Part shown: positions 56,870 to 64,000 of the stretch, piece after piece
Layout of the letters: every line of letters begins with the position of its first letter
Numbering within the stretch: position 1 is the stretch's first letter
Origin: Eledone cirrhosa
Lineage: Eukaryota
Reading direction: 5' to 3'
DNA: 64,000 bases
Assembly: GCA_964016885.1 (NCBI GenBank)
Contig: OZ024753.1
Coordinates: forward strand, 42,532,001-42,596,000
The notes under the pieces: model-generated
Seen by the model: the letters and a program-made list of their open reading frames with translations, nothing else
Databases searched by the model: none
What the model was told of the DNA's origin: nothing
Position numbers and translations under genes: made by a program

Positions 56870-57213
56870 AAGTAAAATAAAAAGTCAAATGTTTAAAATT
56901 TAGCTTCGTTTATTCCTGCTATATATATTTCGGTGACAGCCATCTTTGGCTGTGACCTCTTCAGGCAATCCGAATTAGTGTGGTATAGACAAGTACATAT
57001 GTTGTTGAGGTGTATAATTTTGTCAATACTCTGATATGCCCAGTTCCTGGTTGGGTTGTTATTTCACTGAGGAGTAATAAACGAAGCTAAATTTTAAACA
57101 TTTGACTTTTTATTTCACATTACTCCGGAGTAACCAAACCAACCTGCGCACTTCGTCGAGTGCTCCAGCCTGCATACTGGGGTGTTGGTATACAACCAAC
57201 ATATACTCAAAAT
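56870..57213. mobile_element. PLE-like relic (family E) with inverted ends and hammerhead
   Basis: AAATAAAAAGTCAAATGTTTAAAATTTAGCTTCGTTTATT (56875-56914) is inverted at about 57076-57115, then a unique tail; TA-rich flanks. Confidence 0.75.
56916..56968 (-). ncRNA. Type I hammerhead ribozyme (family E)
   Basis: UUGC CUGAAGA GGUCACAGCC AAAGAU GGCUGUCACC GAAA UAUAU AUA GCAG. Confidence 0.8.
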
Positions 57214-57397
57214 GTATATAGATATATATATAGATATATATGAAGATCCACATAAGGTGAAACAATTGTTCTCGGTATGGTGAACTAAGTTCTTGTGTTA
57301 CCATTTCTACCAAACTCGTCCCGTGGAATGAGTGCTCTACCACTACGGATATTACCTTCCAGTGTTCTACCCACCCCCCTCTCTGTGTATATATATA

Positions 57398-57495
57398 TGG
57401 CGTGGGAGACCTCCCAAGACATTAAAGAGACTCTTTGAGGAAGATATGAAACTATCTGGTGAAGGACTGAAACAGTTAATGTTGGATCATATGAG
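57398..57495 (+). mobile_element. Possible RTE-type LINE 3' fragment
   Basis: RGRPPKTLKRLFEEDMKLSGEGLKQLMLD resembles the RGRP..T....L..D..L....L...M.DR end motif; short. Confidence 0.35.
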
Positions 57496-57526
57496 ATGCC
57501 AGCATGAAGAAGTGGATGAATTTATT

Positions 57527-57567
<41 letters not shown>

Positions 57568-58072
57568 TAGTAGCATATAGCATATAGCATGGAGATATAT
57601 AAGGTAAGAAATATGGCAGCTGTCTTAAATTATAGTGTGAAGCACAAAATGGCGGCTTACCTTAATTGGTAGTTGCTTTGTAAACACAAGTTAATTATTT
57701 AGTTACAGCTTCTAAAAACTGCTGCCGCGCAAACAAAGCAATTTTAAGAATCAAAGCTGCAGAAAGAACAATAGAGAAGACACAACAAGTATTTCTATAA
57801 ACGACAAACTGCCACACAAATAATTCCACTCGCAGTGGGCAAAATTTCTATTTTTTGAAAATTCTTTTATTCTTTTAGTGATTTTTCAGTCATTAGATTA
57901 CGGCCATGTGGGGGAATCAGCACTGATTTAGTCGATCATATTGACCTTCTTTTATCGATCTTTTCTTTTTTTCTTTTTTGTCTTAACCGCCAGGGATACA
58001 AAAACCATTCGTACACATACACACACACTGCCGTACACACACACACACACAGACACATACATACACTTACGT

Positions 58073-58109
<37 letters not shown>

Positions 58110-59112
58110 CACTTACGTACGCACACGCATACACACACACACAAATTACGTACACACACACACAGACTGACGTACGCACACGCACACATTTACGCACGCA
58201 CGCACACACACACACAGACTGACGTACGCACACGCACACATTTACGCACGCACGCACACATACACACTTACGTACGCACACACACACACACTTACGTACG
58301 CACACACACACAATTACATACACACACACACACTGACGTACGCACACGCACACATTTACGCACGCACACGCACACGCATACACACTCACACACACGCACA
58401 CACACTTACGTACGCACACACACACTTACGTACGCACACGCACGCACACACACATACACAATTACGTACACACACACACACACATTGACGTACGCACACG
58501 CACACATTTACGCACGCACACACACACACACTTACGTACGCGCACACACACACCCTCGCGACTGGTTCCTGCAGATTCCGTTTACCAAATTCCACTCAAA
58601 ACTTTCTTCCACACTCTCTCTCTCTCTCTCAATATCTTTCTACAATAAACACTTCTTCGTAAAACTCACCCCCACTGCCTCTCTCCACCCCCTGTCTCTC
58701 CTTACCTCTCTCCCCTTCTCTCTCCCCTTCTCTCTTTCTCTTTCTCTCCCCCCTCCCTCCCAATGTGTTCGACACTTTCTCTCTATCTCTCTCTCTCTCT
58801 CTCTCCCCCTTCTCAATTTCTATCCCTCTCTCTCTCGCATGTGTTCATTACTCCTCCCCTTCTCTGTTTCCGTCTATCTCCCTCTCTCCCTCTCTCTCCT
58901 CTCTCTCACTCCTCCACTTTCTCTCCCTCTTTCTCTCTCTCTGTGTTTCCGTCTATCTCCCTCTCTATCTCCTTCTCTCTCTCCCTCTCTACCATCTCTC
59001 TCACTCCTCTCCCTCTCTCTCTCTCTCTCACTCCTCTCCCTCTCTCCCTCTCTCTCTGTGTTTCCGTCTATCTCCCTCTCTATCTCTCCATCTCCTCTCT
59101 CTCTTCCTCTCT

Positions 59113-59156
<44 letters not shown>

Positions 59157-59590
59157 TCTCTCTCCCCTCTCTCTCCCTCTCTCTCTGTGTTTCCGTCTAT
59201 CCACCCCCCCTCTCTGATGATTATATCTTCTGTAGCTGTTCATCATATAAAGCTGCTTTCGTCATTGTTGTGGTGCATCACGTGTCAACTTCAGCACTAA
59301 TGACATGTCAACAGGGGGTGGGGTGGGGTGGGGTGGTGGAGGAGGTGTGAAAGATATCAACAAAGATGAGACATCACCATCTAATGAGAGGAAGGAAGGG
59401 GTGGCAGTCGGTGGGAAGTCGATGAAATTACAGTGTGTGTAAAAAGACGACGACGAGGTTGAAGAGAGATGGAATGTCAGATGTAACTTGAATATTCACT
59501 GATAAAACAGGGGCCCTTAGCTTAGTTAACTCCTTTACTGCAGTGGTTCTATCATATAAAACTGCCTCTAGATATATATATATATATATC

Positions 59591-59969
59591 AATAATTGTT
59601 TCTACTTTAGGCACAAGGCCAGCAATTACCCAGTACATTACTGGTACTTTATTTTATCGACCCCGTAAGGATGAAAGGCAAAGTTAACCTCGGCGGGATT
59701 TGAACTCAGATCGTAAAGGGAGGACGTAACTATGCTGGAAAGCATGGCGTCCGACTCTCTACCGATACTGCCAATCCACACCCGGAATATATATATCAAT
59801 AATATTAATAAATGGAAACTATCTTTATAAAACCATATTTATTTTATTATATATATTTCAAGTCCCGCCGAGGTTAACTTTGCCTTTCATCCTTACGGGG
59901 TCGATAAAATAAAATACCAGTAATGTACTGGGTAATTGCTGGCCTTGTGCCAAAAGTACAAACAATTAT
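59591..59969. mobile_element. Inverted pair of SINE family 1 copies
   Basis: Full copy (-) 59591-59780 and 5'-truncated copy (+) 59857-59969, nearly identical over the shared ~110 bp. Confidence 0.9.
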
Positions 59970-60105
59970 ATATATTTCAAGGGTACCAACATTTTTGGCA
60001 TGCTCTTATCAGATAAAATATTAAAGTTGTTTTACAGATAGTGACATATTCAAAACAAGAACTTATTGTTTTGAGTTCTGTTTGAATAGTGAAAATAACT
60101 CATTG

Positions 60106-60660
<555 letters not shown>

Positions 60661-60681
60661 TATATATATATATATATATAT

Positions 60682-60874
60682 ATATGAAAAGAGTCAGGAC
60701 CCCGACGGCTGAGCTCCGGCCGTTTCGACAGCTAGTTCAGAATTAGCTGTCGAGACGGCCGGAGCTCAGCCGTCGGGGTCCTGACTCTTTTCATATTACC
60801 CACTCTACTACCCAAAGTATCGAGTACTCTGGTGCCTTATGGCCCACCTGGTTCCTTACGACACTTCCTTCGTT
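60682..60874 (+). mobile_element. Fold-back PLE-like relic (family B)
   Basis: 57-bp arms 60682-60738 / 60740-60796 with two mismatches, plus the family tail. Confidence 0.85.
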
Positions 60875-60968
<94 letters not shown>

Positions 60969-60976
60969 GAAAAGAG

Positions 60977-63900
60977 CCGTTAGAAATAGGGTAATGAAAG
61001 GGTTAAAGACATAGACAGTGTCTTTCGTTAGAAATAGGGTAATGGAAGGGTTAATGACATAGACAGTGTCTTTCGTTAGAAATAGGGTAATGGAAGGGTT
61101 AATGACATAGACAGTGTCTTTCGTTAGAAATAGGGTAATGGAAGGGTTAATGACATAGGTAATGTCTTTCGTTAGAAATAGGGTAATGGAAGGGTTAATG
61201 ACATAGGTAATGTCTTTCGTTAGAAATAGGGTAATGGAAGGGTTAATGACATAGACAGTGTCTTTCGTTAGAAATAGGGTAATGGAAGGGTTAATGACAT
61301 AGGTAATGTCTTTCGTTAGAAATAGGGTAATGGAAGGGTTAATGACATGGACAGTGTCTTTCATTAGAAATGTGGTAATGAAAGGGTTAAAGACATAGAC
61401 AGTGTCTTTCGTTAGAAATAGGGTAATGGAAGGGTTAATGACATAGGTAATGTCTTTCGTTAGAAATAGGGTAATGGAAGGGTTAATGACATAGGTAATG
61501 TCTTTCGTTAGAAATAGGGTAATGGAAGGGTTAATGACATAGACAGTGTCTTTCGTTAGAAATAGGGTAATGGAAGGGTTAATGACATAGACAGTGTCTT
61601 TCGTTAGAAATAGGGTAATGGAAGGGTTAATGACATAGACAGTGTCTTTCGTTAGAAATAGGGTAATGGAAGGGTTAATGACATAGGTAATGTCTTTCGT
61701 TAGAATTAGGGTAATGGAAGGGTTAATGACATAGACAGTGTCTTTCGTTAGAAATAGGGTAATGAAAGGGTTAAAGACATAGACAGTGTCTTTCGTTAGA
61801 AATAGGGTAATGGAAGGGTTAATGACATAGACAGTGTCTTTCATTAGAAATATGGTAATGAAAGGGTTAATGACATAGACAGTGTCTTTCGTTAGAATTA
61901 GGGTAATGGAAGGGTTAATGACATAGACAGTGTCTTTCGTTAGAAATAGGGTAATGGAAGGGTTAATGACATAGACAGTGTCTTTCGTTAGAAATAGGGT
62001 AATGGAAGGGTTAATGACATAGACAGTGTCTTTCGTTAGAAATAGGGTAATGGAAGGGTTAATGACATAGACAGTGTCTTTCGTTAGAAATAGGGTAATG
62101 GAAGGGTTAATGACATAGACAGTGTCTTTCGTTAGAAATAGGGTAATGGAAGGGTTAATGACATAGACAGTGTCTTTCGTTAGAAATAGGGTAATGGAAG
62201 TGTTAATGACATAGACAGTGTCTTTCATTAGAAATATGGTAATGAAAGGGTTAATGACATAGACAGTGTCTTTCGTTAGAAATAGGGTAATGGAAGGGTT
62301 AATGACATAGACAGTGTCTTTCATTAGAAATAGGGTAATGAAAGGGTTAAAGACAGACAGTGTCTTTCATTAGAAATAGGGTAATGAAAGGGTTAAAGAC
62401 ATAGACAGTGTCTTTCATTAGAAATGTGGTAATGAAAGGGTTAAAGACATAGACAGTGTCTTTCATTAGAAATAGGGTAATGAAAGGGTTAAAGCCATAG
62501 ACAGTGTCTTTCATTAGAAATATGGTAATGAAAGGGTTAAAGACATAGACAGTGTCTTTCATTAGAAATAGGGTAATGAAAGGGTTAAAGACATAGACAG
62601 TGTCTTTCATTAGAAATAGGGTAATGAAAGGGTTAAAGACATAGACAGTGTCTTTCATTAGAAATAGGGTAATGAAAGGGTTAAAGACATAGACAGTGTC
62701 TTTCATTAGAAATAGGGTAATGGAAGGGTTAAAGACAGACAGTGTCTTTCATTAGAAATAGGGTAATGAAAGGGTTAAAGACATAGACAGTGTCTTTCGT
62801 TAGAAATAGGGTAATGGAAGGGTTAATGACATAGGTAATGTCTTTCGTTAGAAATAGGGTAATGGAAGGGTTAATGACATGGACAGTGTCTTTCATTAGA
62901 AATGTGGTAATGAAAGGGTTAAAGACATAGACAGTGTCTTTCGTTAGAAATAGGGTAATGGAAGGGTTAATGACATAGGTAATGTCTTTCGTTAGAAATA
63001 GGGTAATGGAAGGGTTAATGACATAGGTAATGTCTTTCGTTAGAAATAGGGTAATGGAAGGGTTAATGACATAGACAGTGTCTTTCGTTAGAAATAGGGT
63101 AATGGAAGGGTTAATGACATAGACAGTGTCTTTCGTTAGAAATAGGGTAATGGAAGGGTTAATGACATAGACAGTGTCTTTCGTTAGAAATAGGGTAATG
63201 GAAGGGTTAATGACATAGGTAATGTCTTTCGTTAGAATTAGGGTAATGGAAGGGTTAATGACATAGACAGTGTCTTTCGTTAGAAATAGGGTAATGAAAG
63301 GGTTAAAGACATAGACAGTGTCTTTCGTTAGAAATAGGGTAATGGAAGGGTTAATGACATAGACAGTGTCTTTCATTAGAAATATGGTAATGAAAGGGTT
63401 AATGACATAGACAGTGTCTTTCGTTAGAATTAGGGTAATGGAAGGGTTAATGACATAGACAGTGTCTTTCGTTAGAAATAGGGTAATGGAAGGGTTAATG
63501 ACATAGACAGTGTCTTTCGTTAGAAATAGGGTAATGGAAGGGTTAATGACATAGACAGTGTCTTTCGTTAGAAATAGGGTAATGGAAGGGTTAATGACAT
63601 AGACAGTGTCTTTCGTTAGAAATAGGGTAATGGAAGGGTTAATGACATAGACAGTGTCTTTCGTTAGAAATAGGGTAATGGAAGGGTTAATGACATAGAC
63701 AGTGTCTTTCGTTAGAAATAGGGTAATGGAAGTGTTAATGACATAGACAGTGTCTTTCATTAGAAATATGGTAATGAAAGGGTTAATGACATAGACAGTG
63801 TCTTTCGTTAGAAATAGGGTAATGGAAGGGTTAATGACATAGACAGTGTCTTTCATTAGAAATAGGGTAATGAAAGGGTTAAAGACAGACAGTGTCTTTC

Positions 63901-64000
63901 ATTAGAAATAGGGTAATGAAAGGGTTAAAGACATAGACAGTGTCTTTCATTAGAAATGTGGTAATGAAAGGGTTAAAGACATAGACAGTGTCTTTCATTA
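60977..64000. repeat. 48-bp satellite array (~63 copies, runs off window end)
   Basis: Unit TTAGAAATAGGGTAATGGAAGGGTTAATGACATAGACAGTGTCTTTCG; the variant pattern repeats at a 1532-bp spacing. Confidence 0.97.

Noticed and set aside
60873-63856. 483-, 119- and 375-aa ORFs with 16-aa repeats
   Set aside because: Products of the 48-bp satellite; frames are broken by 2-bp-deleted monomers.

Overview
AT-rich eukaryotic DNA saturated with (TA)n, (CA)n, (GA)n and (TATG)n microsatellites. The repeat repertoire (CORE- and Meta-type tRNA SINEs, RTE LINEs) looks like an octopod cephalopod genome; this is inferred, not proven. I found no supportable host protein-coding gene, and nearly all listed ORFs are microsatellite or minisatellite read-throughs, so the window is probably intergenic or intronic. 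Recognisable content: about 20 SINE copies from two families, decayed RTE-clade and CRE-like LINE fragments, hAT, Tc1/Tc2 and piggyBac-type MITEs, and five minisatellite arrays (41, 40, 51, 36 and 48 bp units). The most striking signal is a dense set of short Penelope-like (PLE) relics sitting in (TA)n tracts. They include six intact-looking type I hammerhead ribozymes from five unrelated sequence families, plus several fold-back palindromes whose apex maps to the ribozyme and whose 3' tails share a TYGAGTRC motif. The terminal 48-bp satellite appears to be an amplified piggyBac-like MITE end and has a 1532-bp higher-order repeat. All structures were read by eye; none were computed.
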